Virus record (IMG/VR): IMGVR_UViG_3300014205_000174
Reading direction: 5' to 3' (one strand)
DNA from: a virus
Lineage: Duplodnaviria > Caudoviricetes
Length of the DNA stretch: 64,000 nucleotides
Position numbers and translations under genes: made by a program. Shown in pieces: positions 9,255 through 18,934 of this stretch. Position 1 is the stretch's first letter. The number at the start of each line of letters is the position of its first letter. Under the pieces are notes generated by a model. It made no database searches. It had not been told where the DNA came from and saw only the letters and a list, made by a program, of their open reading frames with translations.

Positions 9255-10094
9255 ATGAAATTTGAAAATCACATAGTACGTAAAGCGCTGGAGAATCCTA
9301 CAGATTTCACCATTGAGGTAATAGAGGCAATAAAGGGCAGCCAAGTGACCGCAGAAGATATTGAGGGAGAAAAGTACAATGACGTGGTACACGCCATGAG
9401 CCTTAAGGGTAATAAAACCTACTACGTTACAAAGTCCGTTGTAGACAGGTTGGAATTACTTGATACAAAGAAGTGCATGGATATAGAGGGATGGAAGTTA
9501 TTCTCCGGTTTGCCGGACTTCAAAAAAACGTACATCCTGCCGGAAATGCCAAAGGATTATTCAAAATACGGCGGCAGCGGATATGTGCGCGTGGCTAAAT
9601 ACGGGGATGTAATTATCTTCATACACGTAACCAGTAAGTTTCTGCCACCAGAAGAGCGTACCAAGACTACAGATGCTAGTATGTACATAGTCATGCTTTA
9701 TATTGACATGCGGGAAAACGGGGATGGTATGTGCGCGCATTGGAATAGTGCAGACGGCAAATCCTTAGCACCATTCCTATTTTCGCTTATGTGCTTTGTG
9801 GAGCTTTGTGATAATGAGGTAATTGTGGTTGAGCCAAAAGCTAAGTACGGCACGCAGAAATCCGGTAAGATAATAAATACCACACCATTCCCGATAACCA
9901 TTATCAACAACACATGGAACATAACGAAGGTGCTGCAAGGTACTATATGGGTTTGCGGCCATGCTCAGATATATTGGACGGGTTCCGGCAGGACAGTACC
10001 TAAGTTGCTATACAAAGAGCCCTTTACGAAGGAAGGGTATACGCTACCGTCTGGGAAGGAAAGGCAGCAGAAAAAACTAACTTTATCTTCATAA
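9255..10094 (+). CDS. hypothetical phage protein
   Basis: 279 aa; C-terminal WVCGHAQIYWTG resembles the VxGHxR motif of phage proteins. Confidence 0.75.
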   Translation: MKFENHIVRKALENPTDFTIEVIEAIKGSQVTAEDIEGEKYNDVVHAMSLKGNKTYYVTKSVVDRLELLDTKKCMDIEGWKLFSGLPDFKKTYILPEMPKDYSKYGGSGYVRVAKYGDVIIFIHVTSKFLPPEERTKTTDASMYIVMLYIDMRENGDGMCAHWNSADGKSLAPFLFSLMCFVELCDNEVIVVEPKAKYGTQKSGKIINTTPFPITIINNTWNITKVLQGTIWVCGHAQIYWTGSGRTVPKLLYKEPFTKEGYTLPSGKERQQKKLTLSS

Positions 10095-10119
10095 ATTCAA
10101 CCAATAAAAACAACATATT

Positions 10120-10488
10120 ATGGATACTCAAAACAAAAACACACCCGCTACAGGGGATATTTCAGAGTTTATACCAACCGCCAGCAATGATGGGGCTATT
10201 TATTCCGTTCCTTGTGAGCCGACTTGTGGCCCTGCCAGTCGGTGGGAAGAAGGTGAGAAGGCCTACATCGGCACCAAGGTTGTTCGCGGCATCGCTATGA
10301 CCGAAAGCGACTTTCTCAAAAAGCATAAAGGAATAACCGAGGATGAGCTCAGTAAGCGCGAAACATACGGGGAGGGTTACAAGGTCACCTATGAGGACGG
10401 CTATGTGTCCTGGGCCCCGAAAGACATATTCGAGCGGTGCTACCGCGAGGTGTCCAATAAGGAATTTGGCATTTTATCAGCATTTTAA
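10120..10488 (+). CDS. conserved phage protein (YIGTK...GYxVxYxDGYxSWxPK.FE family)
   Basis: AYIGTKVV...EGYKVTYEDGYVSWAPKDIFERCY. Confidence 0.75.
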   Translation: MDTQNKNTPATGDISEFIPTASNDGAIYSVPCEPTCGPASRWEEGEKAYIGTKVVRGIAMTESDFLKKHKGITEDELSKRETYGEGYKVTYEDGYVSWAPKDIFERCYREVSNKEFGILSAF

Positions 10489-10499
10489 TAACCTGCATT

Positions 10500-11018
10500 T
10501 TGGCTAAGAAGAAAGATAATACGGGATTCCGGAACGGAGATTTGTTCTGCTTTAATTGCGGGGGTAGTAAAAAGCTTGTGCTCCCAATGGAGATGGGGAA
10601 GGCTGGGAATATGATGATTGCCTTTGCCGATGAGCACAGCGAATGCAAAAAAACCTGGGAGGAGCCACATTGGTCTGAGACGGAGCATCTTCCGATAGAG
10701 GGGAAAATTTTTTGGTGGTTTACAAAAGCCAGCCGTGGTTCAAGTAGCATGGCTATATATGATTTCATGACCGTTGGTTTGCTTCCGAACAAACGATACG
10801 AAACGCCATCAGACCCATCAGATTTACACCGCTGCTATGTTTTGCTAAAGGCTATACCCGAATGGCGGGAGCGACTTCCTGAAATGAAAGTAGTTGGCGA
10901 GGTGTGGGCCAGGATTATAGATGAATGGGATAAGTTATCGGGCCTACTGGAAGAGCATATGGAGGGTAAGAAAGGCGGCGGTATCCTGTACAATTTTATG
11001 AAGACGCTTGGGTGTTAA
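10500..11018 (+). CDS. hypothetical phage protein with CxxC
   Basis: CFNCGG...RGSSS...PSDPSDLHRC..LL..IPEW. Confidence 0.75.
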   Translation: MAKKKDNTGFRNGDLFCFNCGGSKKLVLPMEMGKAGNMMIAFADEHSECKKTWEEPHWSETEHLPIEGKIFWWFTKASRGSSSMAIYDFMTVGLLPNKRYETPSDPSDLHRCYVLLKAIPEWRERLPEMKVVGEVWARIIDEWDKLSGLLEEHMEGKKGGGILYNFMKTLGC

Positions 11019-11058
11019 ATCAAAAAAAGGAGATACTTAAAAAACAAACCAAAATATT

Positions 11059-11571
11059 ATGAAATACAAAATCTTAAAAGGAACGAAATTGTTCGACCAG
11101 TTCATTGAGCTGAAGAAAAAGATGGTAACGGCCAAGAAGGCTGCAAAAGAGCTGGTAAAGGAAGTTGCGCCAGTTGACACCGAATGGTATGCCCCGCATG
11201 AATCCATAGCCGGAGGTGTTGACGCCTTTATAATACCTGGCGGCAAGCCAGATGGGTGGGTAAATGCTTACATCCCGCATGAAAAGGATGTATATAGGCC
11301 CAAAAAGACCTTAGCCAATAAGGAGCTGCTGGACAAAATAGCCAATTTGCCGGTTGTTAGTACTTCGGACTTTAATAGCATTATAAAGTACGATTGGAGA
11401 AAGACCGGCGCTAAGAAGCAACTGGGCCGGCGCATTACATCCTATAGTCCCGGATTCGATATTCGCGCGAACTACGTGCTCATTGATGTCAGCGAACATG
11501 CGCCAAACTATAAGCCGGTACCGGACATGATAGAAATTACTGTTTCTGAATATAACAAGCTATCTAAATAA
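11059..11571 (+). CDS. hypothetical protein, paralog of 6744-7247
   Basis: MKYKILKGTKLFD...GKPDGW...YKPVPDMIEITVSEYNKL. Confidence 0.8.
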   Translation: MKYKILKGTKLFDQFIELKKKMVTAKKAAKELVKEVAPVDTEWYAPHESIAGGVDAFIIPGGKPDGWVNAYIPHEKDVYRPKKTLANKELLDKIANLPVVSTSDFNSIIKYDWRKTGAKKQLGRRITSYSPGFDIRANYVLIDVSEHAPNYKPVPDMIEITVSEYNKLSK

Positions 11572-11577
11572 TATATT

Positions 11578-12354
11578 ATGTTGTACTTCATAGATTCCGA
11601 GTTTATCGAAAGCTTCCATAAGCCGTTTTTCGGCAAGCGCCGACACTTTATTGACCTGATTAGTATTTCACTAATTGCTGAGGATGGCCGGAAATACAAT
11701 GCTATCAGCAGCGAATACCGGTTCCGGGACGCAAGCGACTGGGTAAAAGAGAATGTCATAAGGCCGCTGTACAGCAATAAAGTTTCTGGCCTTGGCCGCC
11801 AATTCATTCATCCAGACAATTTCCATAAGCAGCCCGGTATCGGTAAGTCCAATGCCCAGATAGCAAAGGAGATAGTGGCGTTTGTTAATCCGGGCCTGAA
11901 TTATCCCGAGTCTGCGCATGCTGTTTCGGAAGTAGGGAAAGGCGAGAATCTTTACGACCACTTTGAAAAACATGATGTGGCGGTCATAAACGGCCACTAT
12001 GTAGCCCGTCCACAGTTTTATGCGGATTACGCCGACTACGACTGGGTGTTATTCTGTTCTCTTTTTGGCACCATGATGGATTTGCCGGCAGGGTTCCCCA
12101 TGTTCTGCAATGACATTCAGCAGATGTTCAATGATACGGTGAGAATGGAAATGCGTCATAACAGAGTGCCCATGTCTCGATTTGATGAGTACTCGAAATT
12201 GTTTAAGGAAAGGCCGGAGTATCCCAAGGAAGAAAATTGCCATCTGTCCGAGTACGATGTACGGTATTGCAAAGACCAGTACGATTATTTCACCTTAACG
12301 CAGAATGTGCTATTGATGCGGTTGCGTGAACAAAATCCGAACGACAATGGCTAA
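11578..12354 (+). CDS. DEDDh 3'-5' exonuclease (Rv2179c-like exoribonuclease family)
   Basis: YFIDSEF, LISISLIAEDG, FYADYADYDWVLFCSLFG.MMDLP.GFPMFC.D, H...D. Confidence 0.85.
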   Translation: MLYFIDSEFIESFHKPFFGKRRHFIDLISISLIAEDGRKYNAISSEYRFRDASDWVKENVIRPLYSNKVSGLGRQFIHPDNFHKQPGIGKSNAQIAKEIVAFVNPGLNYPESAHAVSEVGKGENLYDHFEKHDVAVINGHYVARPQFYADYADYDWVLFCSLFGTMMDLPAGFPMFCNDIQQMFNDTVRMEMRHNRVPMSRFDEYSKLFKERPEYPKEENCHLSEYDVRYCKDQYDYFTLTQNVLLMRLREQNPNDNG

Positions 12355-13006
12355 CCAGTGGGGGGATACCAAGCCGGTATACCAGAAGTGCGCAGAGCCA
12401 ACCTGTGACAACCAGGTACGGCGCGTACCTCATGAAGTGAAAAGCGGACAACATACATACTGCTCTCCGGGCTGCGCATATAAAAAGGCATCGAGGCCTA
12501 GAAAGTATAATGATGACGCAGTGCTTTGGATATCCCAAAATATACTGACCATGGATATAGCGACCATGGCAAAAAAGATGAAGGTGACCGAAAATGCCCT
12601 GAAGCGCTCCATATCAGCCCTAAGACGTAACGGACACGCAATACCAAGGAAAAAGAAGCGCCGCGTCTTTACCGGTGAAGAAATAAAGTACATCAAGGGA
12701 AATATCCGTAAGTTTACTTTAGAGGAGCTGGCCAAGAAACTAAACACATCCGCCAGTAAGTTAGGCCGTGATATTACAAACTTACGCAAAAGCGGACACG
12801 ATATCCCTACCGGTCACAAGGGGATTGTAAATGCCAGCGGTCGTAAAGCAAAGGCCGGTACTGTAAAGCGTAAGGCCGAAACAAAAGTTAGCTACCGCTT
12901 GCCAAAGAAGGAGGTTATTCCAATACCCACTAAGGTTGTTCCGGTAGACAACAGGCAGTTTGTGTTGATTCGTAAAGGTACCTATGCATTGAGGGCTGTG
13001 TCTTGA
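12326..13006 (+). CDS. Zn-finger plus tandem HTH DNA-binding protein
   Basis: CxxPxC...YCSxxC followed by two similar HTH units, each ending LR.xGHxIP; true start probably the Met near 12347. Confidence 0.7.
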   Translation: MNKIRTTMANQWGDTKPVYQKCAEPTCDNQVRRVPHEVKSGQHTYCSPGCAYKKASRPRKYNDDAVLWISQNILTMDIATMAKKMKVTENALKRSISALRRNGHAIPRKKKRRVFTGEEIKYIKGNIRKFTLEELAKKLNTSASKLGRDITNLRKSGHDIPTGHKGIVNASGRKAKAGTVKRKAETKVSYRLPKKEVIPIPTKVVPVDNRQFVLIRKGTYALRAVS

Positions 13007-13070
13007 TGGGTGATAAAAAATGAAACAAAAATAAATATTACAAAAAATTAGGGTTTGCTTAAAAACAAAC

Positions 13071-13078
13071 TATTTTTG
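13071..13078 (+). promoter_or_regulatory. Bacteroidota-type -7 promoter element (TAnnTTTG)
   Basis: TATTTTTG in an AT-rich intergenic region. Confidence 0.5.
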
Positions 13079-13106
13079 TGATGTAAAGAGTAAAGAACAA
13101 ACCAGC

Positions 13107-13154
13107 CCTGCGGCTGTAGGCAGATTAAAATGCAGGCAGCCGCAGGTTTTTTTT
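13107..13154 (+). terminator. intrinsic terminator
   Basis: CCTGCGGCTG...CAGCCGCAGG stem followed by T8. Confidence 0.75.
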
Positions 13155-13173
13155 AATGCTTCAATAGTTTCTT

Positions 13174-13557
13174 ATGTCTGAAACAAATAATAAAACCTAT
13201 AGGACATTGTTTATCTTCTTCTTATCCCTGATAGGTGTATCTGGATTTGTTGTAATCTTCTACAGTAATATTTTAAAGAAGCAAGCCACCACAGAAAGCC
13301 TGTACAAGTCATGGGCAGACTCCGTCAAGAAATCATACGACATTGTAATACAGCTTAAGGAAGACTCCATTGATATATCCAGGGAGAAGGTGGAACTATA
13401 TGCCGACTCTATCGTTCTATTGAACAGGAAGGTGGAATTGAATAACGAAAAAATATTAGTCATTAAAAAGGAGTATCATGAAAAAATACATCATCTTAAT
13501 AGCTTGTCTACTGATGAGCTTGCCGAGTTTTTCAAAAAGCGATACGGCGAAGAATAA
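13174..13557 (+). CDS. membrane-anchored coiled-coil protein (spanin-like?)
   Basis: N-terminal TM helix then coiled coil; overlaps the next gene by 80 nt. Confidence 0.65.
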   Translation: MSETNNKTYRTLFIFFLSLIGVSGFVVIFYSNILKKQATTESLYKSWADSVKKSYDIVIQLKEDSIDISREKVELYADSIVLLNRKVELNNEKILVIKKEYHEKIHHLNSLSTDELAEFFKKRYGEE

Positions 13558-13912
13558 AATTGATGGAAGTAAGCCGGTTTGTTTGCCAGATAGTATTTTG
13601 CGTAAGGCCGCGCAGGATATCCTTAAGTACGAGGAGCTGAAAGCTATAATGGTACACAATGACGACAACCTGAATATCCTTAATGAGGAGATTGGGTTCA
13701 AGGATAAAATCATCATTGAGAAAGACCTTCAGTTGAACAAAAAGGACGACATTATTGGTACGTGGAAGAAGAAATTTACCTTATGCGAATCCGAGACCGC
13801 GCAGGTAAGCAAGGACTTTTTGCAATTTAAGAAGAAGGACAAAAGAAAAATGATAGGGGCCGGTGTTATTATAGTTGCACTTATAGCTGGCTGGGGTGCA
13901 ACGGCGAAATGA
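13478..13912 (+). CDS. exported coiled-coil protein with C-terminal TM (spanin-like?)
   Basis: MKKYIILIACLLMSLPSFS signal peptide; C-terminal hydrophobic IGAGVIIVALIAGWG. Confidence 0.65.
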   Translation: MKKYIILIACLLMSLPSFSKSDTAKNKIDGSKPVCLPDSILRKAAQDILKYEELKAIMVHNDDNLNILNEEIGFKDKIIIEKDLQLNKKDDIIGTWKKKFTLCESETAQVSKDFLQFKKKDKRKMIGAGVIIVALIAGWGATAK

Positions 13913-14736
13913 TGATAGAAACTATGAAAGACATAATTAATTATTTTGAGACACTGGGCCTGTATTGCAGGGTATTCACGCAGCAGGAAGTTGAGGATAT
14001 TACCGGTTTTATATGCCCTGTACTTGAGCCATATGCCGCAGGGCGTACAATCCTTGTAGATAGGGAAACGAAAAAAGTTGTAGAGCAGCCCAATGTATAC
14101 CTGGAGAGCAGGCCCCCTGTGTTTTTGAACAACATTACTGTATTCATTGACGCCAAAGTAGCCAAGGACTTGGGTTACGAGGTAAAGAAATGTTTTTCTT
14201 TTTGTAAGGAAGATTTGCAGGAGGTGTCGCTTGTTTTTATTGGGAACAGTATTCCCCAAACAGAAGGCGTTATTGTAAACGGTGATAGGCATTGGGGCAA
14301 TCGCATCTATCCACTGTTTCAGCGTATGGTATCCACCCTGCTTACAAAAGAGGTATGGGATGTTGAGCCAGTTGTTGCCGATGTAATGCCTAAAGGCGAT
14401 GCCGTTTTCTTATCTGGCCCGGACAAAGAGCTTGGTCTTTATGCTGTTTTCTATTCAGGAAACAGGCGCGTACACCCAACTAAGCCAGGGCATCTACCTG
14501 TAGTAATAAATCCATACGCTCTTTTCTACCTTGATTTAGTCCAGGACGATATTTCTAACCTGTTTAAAACTAACTGGCTAGGTGGTCTGAAAATGGACAA
14601 TGATACTACAAGAGCTGAAATTCAGGAGATAGTTAGTAAATATGTTGCAGAACATCCCGAAGCCACTGTAGTCATGTTCTGTTTTAGGCGTGACAGCCCT
14701 AATTTAATTTCTTTGCCTGATTTACCAACTACCTAA
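13909..14736 (+). CDS. hypothetical protein
   Basis: 275 aa, coupled to the upstream gene. Confidence 0.75.
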   Translation: MMIETMKDIINYFETLGLYCRVFTQQEVEDITGFICPVLEPYAAGRTILVDRETKKVVEQPNVYLESRPPVFLNNITVFIDAKVAKDLGYEVKKCFSFCKEDLQEVSLVFIGNSIPQTEGVIVNGDRHWGNRIYPLFQRMVSTLLTKEVWDVEPVVADVMPKGDAVFLSGPDKELGLYAVFYSGNRRVHPTKPGHLPVVINPYALFYLDLVQDDISNLFKTNWLGGLKMDNDTTRAEIQEIVSKYVAEHPEATVVMFCFRRDSPNLISLPDLPTT

Positions 14737-14763
14737 TAAAAACCACAAAAATCACACCCATAT

Positions 14764-15015
14764 ATGAACTACCCGATTTTCGAAAAAGTACAGGATATCC
14801 TCTGTGACACATTTGGCATCAAGAGGGAGAAAGTCACTCTCGGTGCTGAGTTATCCCAGACACTGGACTTGGATTCCCTGGAGATAATTGAATTTGTTGT
14901 CGCGCTGGAAACGGAGTATAGCATCTCTATTCTTGCCGACACCTTTTCTGCCGACACGACCATAGAACAGGTGGTGGATTATTTAGAACAAAGAATAGCA
15001 GCTCACAAAAATTAA
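14764..15015 (+). CDS. acpP: acyl carrier protein
   Basis: 83 aa acidic protein; LDLDSLE phosphopantetheine Ser motif, LETEYSISI, TIEQVVDYL. Confidence 0.85.
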   Translation: MNYPIFEKVQDILCDTFGIKREKVTLGAELSQTLDLDSLEIIEFVVALETEYSISILADTFSADTTIEQVVDYLEQRIAAHKN

Positions 15016-15022
15016 GTAAAAC

Positions 15023-15985
15023 ATGAAACCAAGAGATATAGTAAATAAATACATCAACATTTATTCCGGTACCCCGGCTTATGCCGTACAGACGCTGGAA
15101 CAAAGACGGGAGACTGCTCACGGGTTAATAGTCGGTTATGGCCAAAAATGCTTTGAAACGGCAAGGAAAAGAACCGACGGCCTATACGACTATGCCGAGT
15201 CGTATGAGTACTTCAATGTAAATGACGAAAATGATATTATAGCTGACAATGCCATCGTAGAATACGAGACGCTTGTTCCCGGTGCTAAAGCCCGTATAGA
15301 GCAAGACCGGGAGGCAATGGCCGGTGATATATTGCAATACGGCATGGAGTGCTTTGCTGACGCACGCAAAAAACACGAAGCTGGATACTTAATGTATGAT
15401 AACTTCGATAATTATTTGGCCGAAACCACCTGGCCAAAACCAGATGCTGAGCCCACGGAAGGGGATAAACCAAAATTTCCAAGCCACGGACAGTATACGA
15501 TACATAGAATCTGTGACTACCAAGGCAGTGACTATCTGTCGATATATGCGCGTATGCATACCGGTGGCCATCAACTGCAAACACCTCAAGGGTTTGTTTA
15601 TTCCGAATGGTCTATGTTTTTAGACCCATATGCAATTGAGTATTACGACTGTATATCCCAAAAACCAGTTGATGCGTTTAAGGAAGACTGGGCCAAAGTT
15701 TATAATCAAACCTTGGAGGCGCTTATTGCATTTAAGGAGAATACCAGCCTGGCTCATTCCGAGGCAACGAGGAAATCATTACTAAACGTTACCAAGCACA
15801 AATGCGTAGCATATGAGTTACGTAAGCCGGAAATTAAAACTTTTGTCGAAAAATACATTTCTGCGAATAGCGATGTTTCATTTATCGAGATATACATCGG
15901 TGATGATACCGGCAAGGCTGTTACTGGCGTAGACAGCAATACCTGTGTCGACGAGCAAGTAATTCCCGCTGAAGCAAACCCATAA
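15023..15985 (+). CDS. hypothetical protein with an internal duplication
   Basis: Two similar units: YGQKCFETARK / YGMECFADARK. Confidence 0.75.
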   Translation: MKPRDIVNKYINIYSGTPAYAVQTLEQRRETAHGLIVGYGQKCFETARKRTDGLYDYAESYEYFNVNDENDIIADNAIVEYETLVPGAKARIEQDREAMAGDILQYGMECFADARKKHEAGYLMYDNFDNYLAETTWPKPDAEPTEGDKPKFPSHGQYTIHRICDYQGSDYLSIYARMHTGGHQLQTPQGFVYSEWSMFLDPYAIEYYDCISQKPVDAFKEDWAKVYNQTLEALIAFKENTSLAHSEATRKSLLNVTKHKCVAYELRKPEIKTFVEKYISANSDVSFIEIYIGDDTGKAVTGVDSNTCVDEQVIPAEANP

Positions 15986-16014
15986 TTTTTACACTAAACA
16001 AACCATTAAATATT

Positions 16015-16302
16015 ATGCAAAAAGAAAAGAAATTCTCAGCGTTGCCATTCGGCGAAAATAAAGTGCTGACCGTAAAAAATAACGCCGGCGTAGATTTACT
16101 CTGCAATTGCCATAAGACACCGCCGTACCCGGTACAAAGCCCGTCGTCTAATATTGTAGGCGCTATGTCTGTGACTATGAAGGAGCGCTCCTGCAATACA
16201 GGCTGCCTGCGTGCGACAATAATAGAAAAAGACGGAAAACCGTTCTGGCAGCAGGACTGCGAGGCCAACATTCTTCAGCTTGAACTAACAGAAGTGAAAT
16301 AG
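16015..16302 (+). CDS. Cys-rich hypothetical protein
   Basis: 95 aa with 5 Cys. Confidence 0.65.
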   Translation: MQKEKKFSALPFGENKVLTVKNNAGVDLLCNCHKTPPYPVQSPSSNIVGAMSVTMKERSCNTGCLRATIIEKDGKPFWQQDCEANILQLELTEVK

Positions 16303-16303
16303 C

Positions 16304-17617
16304 ATGAACAAACCAATAACTGTAAAAAAAGTAAAGCGCATGCTTATCCTTGCCGACTGGCATGGAGCGTCCACTGGTTTCGGTACCGTAACCAACAACA
16401 TCCTTCCATATATCCAGGCTCATTACGGCAAAGACCTGCTTATTGTAATGGTTGCCATTAATTATTTTGGCGAGGAATATACGGTTGGCAATCTTACCGT
16501 GGTGTCGGCAAAGAATTACTTTGTCCCGGAGCCGCAAGCGGCGGGAGAGGGCCAGCCAATGAAAGTAATTGAGCCCGACCCATTTGGCCGACACTCCTTC
16601 CTGCGGATACTGGCAATAGATGAGGTTGGGTTCGACCTTTGCTTCATCATACAGGACTTGTCCATCGTAAGCGACCTTGCGGTTACTATGAAGGAAATGA
16701 AGAAATACAAACAGGCCCAGAATAAGCGCAACTTTAAGTCTTTGGTGTATATGCCGGTAGATGCAAAGTTGACAAAAGCGGAACTGTATAACATTGATTT
16801 CTTCGACACCATTGTCACATACAATGAATTCTCCCGTAATGAAATTGTCAGGAACAGGCCGGAACTGCTGAAGAAGGTAAAAAAGATACCGCACGGTAAT
16901 TCCAGCAAGGACTTCTTCCCCATGCCGGAGCAGGAGGTTGCGGAATTCAGAAAAGCATACTTTGGCGACAATGCCGACAAAATAATATTTGCCAACATTA
17001 ACCGCAACCAGCCGAGAAAGGCAATCGGTGAAACCATTCTTGCGTTCATTGAGGCAAAAAAAGAATGGGCTCTTGAGCGCCAGCCGTTCCTGTACCTGCA
17101 CATGATGGAGAAAGACCCGCTGATGTGGGGTTATGACTTAAAGAAAATATTTGCGCAGACCGACCTGGTAGAGAACGTAGATTATATGATTGCACCACAG
17201 GAATTCTTTACCAAGAGCAATGGAGCGCCAATAAGCTTACTACGTAGTATCTACAATGCTGTAGACATCTGCATCACCACTACTACGGGCGAAGGCTGGG
17301 GCTTATCGGTCACCGAGGCTTTTGCCTGTCGCAAGCCGGTAATACTCCCGCTGAATACTTCGCTCATTGAAATCAGCAACAATGGGCAAAGGGCTTATGG
17401 CATGACCAATATGGTTCCCTTCATCAATGAGTTTGACCATGTTATCCGGGAGCAGACGGACATATATGAATGCGCTGATACAATGAAGGGGGCGGCAAAA
17501 AACTTGCTTTCCGGAATAGACAAGCCGATTATAGATGCTGCACAGCGGTATGTCGGCACCCTTACCTGGAAGTCGGTGTCCGATAAATTTATTGCATATT
17601 TCGATGAGTTGTTTTAG
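16304..17617 (+). CDS. glycosyltransferase, GT-B fold (family 4-like)
   Basis: TGFGTV, IPHG, NRNQPRK, YNAVDI...GEGWGLSVTEAFAC (EX7E). Confidence 0.9.
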   Translation: MNKPITVKKVKRMLILADWHGASTGFGTVTNNILPYIQAHYGKDLLIVMVAINYFGEEYTVGNLTVVSAKNYFVPEPQAAGEGQPMKVIEPDPFGRHSFLRILAIDEVGFDLCFIIQDLSIVSDLAVTMKEMKKYKQAQNKRNFKSLVYMPVDAKLTKAELYNIDFFDTIVTYNEFSRNEIVRNRPELLKKVKKIPHGNSSKDFFPMPEQEVAEFRKAYFGDNADKIIFANINRNQPRKAIGETILAFIEAKKEWALERQPFLYLHMMEKDPLMWGYDLKKIFAQTDLVENVDYMIAPQEFFTKSNGAPISLLRSIYNAVDICITTTTGEGWGLSVTEAFACRKPVILPLNTSLIEISNNGQRAYGMTNMVPFINEFDHVIREQTDIYECADTMKGAAKNLLSGIDKPIIDAAQRYVGTLTWKSVSDKFIAYFDELF

Positions 17618-17686
17618 TTTTATGGCGAAAAGCAGACTAAGCGACCGTGCTAATTTAGTTTCACCACTAAAACTAAACTAACGCCT

Positions 17687-18025
17687 ATGAATGATTTTTT
17701 CAGGTACTTATATTACGCACTGTGGCTGCACCTGGCGTTTTCGGTCATAAATGCCGGACTGACTGTTTACTCCATTGAATCGGATGAAGTTGAGTCCGAT
17801 GATGATATAGACGAGCAGCACAGGCGTGCGGAGCTTAAGAGGGTGTCCCAAGATGTCCTGAAAGCAATTTCTAACATTGTAGGCAGACGCTGGGCATTGC
17901 TGTTTGCGTATCTCGGGATGATAATAGCAAATTTCATTCATTTCATCTATGTCTTTAAGTTTAAAAACTACATTAAGAAGAGGCTTAGGAAGGTATTCAA
18001 AAAAAAGAAGAAGGCGGGAATATAA
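17687..18025 (+). CDS. two-TM membrane protein (holin-like topology)
   Basis: Two hydrophobic helices and a very basic C-terminal tail. Confidence 0.6.
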   Translation: MNDFFRYLYYALWLHLAFSVINAGLTVYSIESDEVESDDDIDEQHRRAELKRVSQDVLKAISNIVGRRWALLFAYLGMIIANFIHFIYVFKFKNYIKKRLRKVFKKKKKAGI

Positions 18026-18117
18026 ATTTATCGGAAATTATATTTAGCTTTAATGATGGTTACGCTGGCTATAATATTTCTTATTGTCACAAAGTACTTA
18101 AAAAGAAAAACAACATT

Positions 18118-18444
18118 ATGACCTTTCACCAATTAGCGGACGAACTCAGAAATGTATTTGCAGAGGAGAATCGCGTCTCCAGAAAGAAAATGAATATGTT
18201 TACTGACAAGGAGGTTGTTAACATTTTCAATACCTGCGGATGCTGTAACAACGACATTTTGGATAAGGATGAACTTGCGACTGTGTTATCTGATGTTTCT
18301 AGCGCAGATGAGTTCTTTGTCGCGATGGATATTGTTATAAGTAACAGGGGAGATGCGGAACATATATCCGATATAGAGGGAGAGCAACCGCGCAGTGCAG
18401 ACGGCTTAGGAATGATGCGCATCGACCAGGCCCGTTTAAACTAA
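18118..18444 (+). CDS. hypothetical protein
   Basis: 108 aa. Confidence 0.65.
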   Translation: MTFHQLADELRNVFAEENRVSRKKMNMFTDKEVVNIFNTCGCCNNDILDKDELATVLSDVSSADEFFVAMDIVISNRGDAEHISDIEGEQPRSADGLGMMRIDQARLN

Positions 18445-18449
18445 GTTTT

Positions 18450-18689
18450 ATGTCACAGAAAAAGCAATCTTTCGGACAAAAAATAATTTGCGACAAGCAT
18501 ACCGGCATACCTGACCTGGATGCGGTAAAGAAGGCATCGGCGGCCTACCTGGATATGCTCGATGAACTTCGCGGTAAGGCTGAGGCGGAAGGCGACCTGG
18601 ACAAGATAGCGAACTACGATACGGCCATAAATCTGGTCATTCACGCAAATTACAAGGCCTGTAATGCGGTTATAGGGAATTTTAAATAA
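18450..18689 (+). CDS. small helical hypothetical protein
   Basis: 79 aa; weak resemblance to the Acb2/Tad1-like helical hairpin pattern. Confidence 0.6.
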   Translation: MSQKKQSFGQKIICDKHTGIPDLDAVKKASAAYLDMLDELRGKAEAEGDLDKIANYDTAINLVIHANYKACNAVIGNFK

Positions 18690-18733
18690 TGCGTGATGTG
18701 GATTGGGTAATCTGACAATAATAAAAAAAGACT

Positions 18734-18934
18734 ATGGAATGTCCGAATTGCAGTGGTTCTAAAATAGAACCTAAACTAAAAACATCTACTTTTAAGCACA
18801 TAAACCCCTTTTCTGTACCATGCGAAAGATGCAAGGGGACTGGGCAAATTGGGGATGATTCTCCTTTTGAAGTTAAAAGAGAAAGATTTCATGCTTTAGT
18901 AGAATATAATTCTAGTAGAATTCGTAATACATGA
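18734..18934 (+). CDS. small DnaJ-type Zn-finger protein
   Basis: CPNCSGS...CERCKGTG. Confidence 0.65.
   Translation: MECPNCSGSKIEPKLKTSTFKHINPFSVPCERCKGTGQIGDDSPFEVKRERFHALVEYNSSRIRNT

Noticed and set aside
16175-17101. 308 aa minus-strand ORF and other long antisense ORFs (e.g. 19877-20608, 32989-33636, 42806-43381)
   Set aside because: Shadow frames of well-supported plus-strand genes with no recognisable motifs
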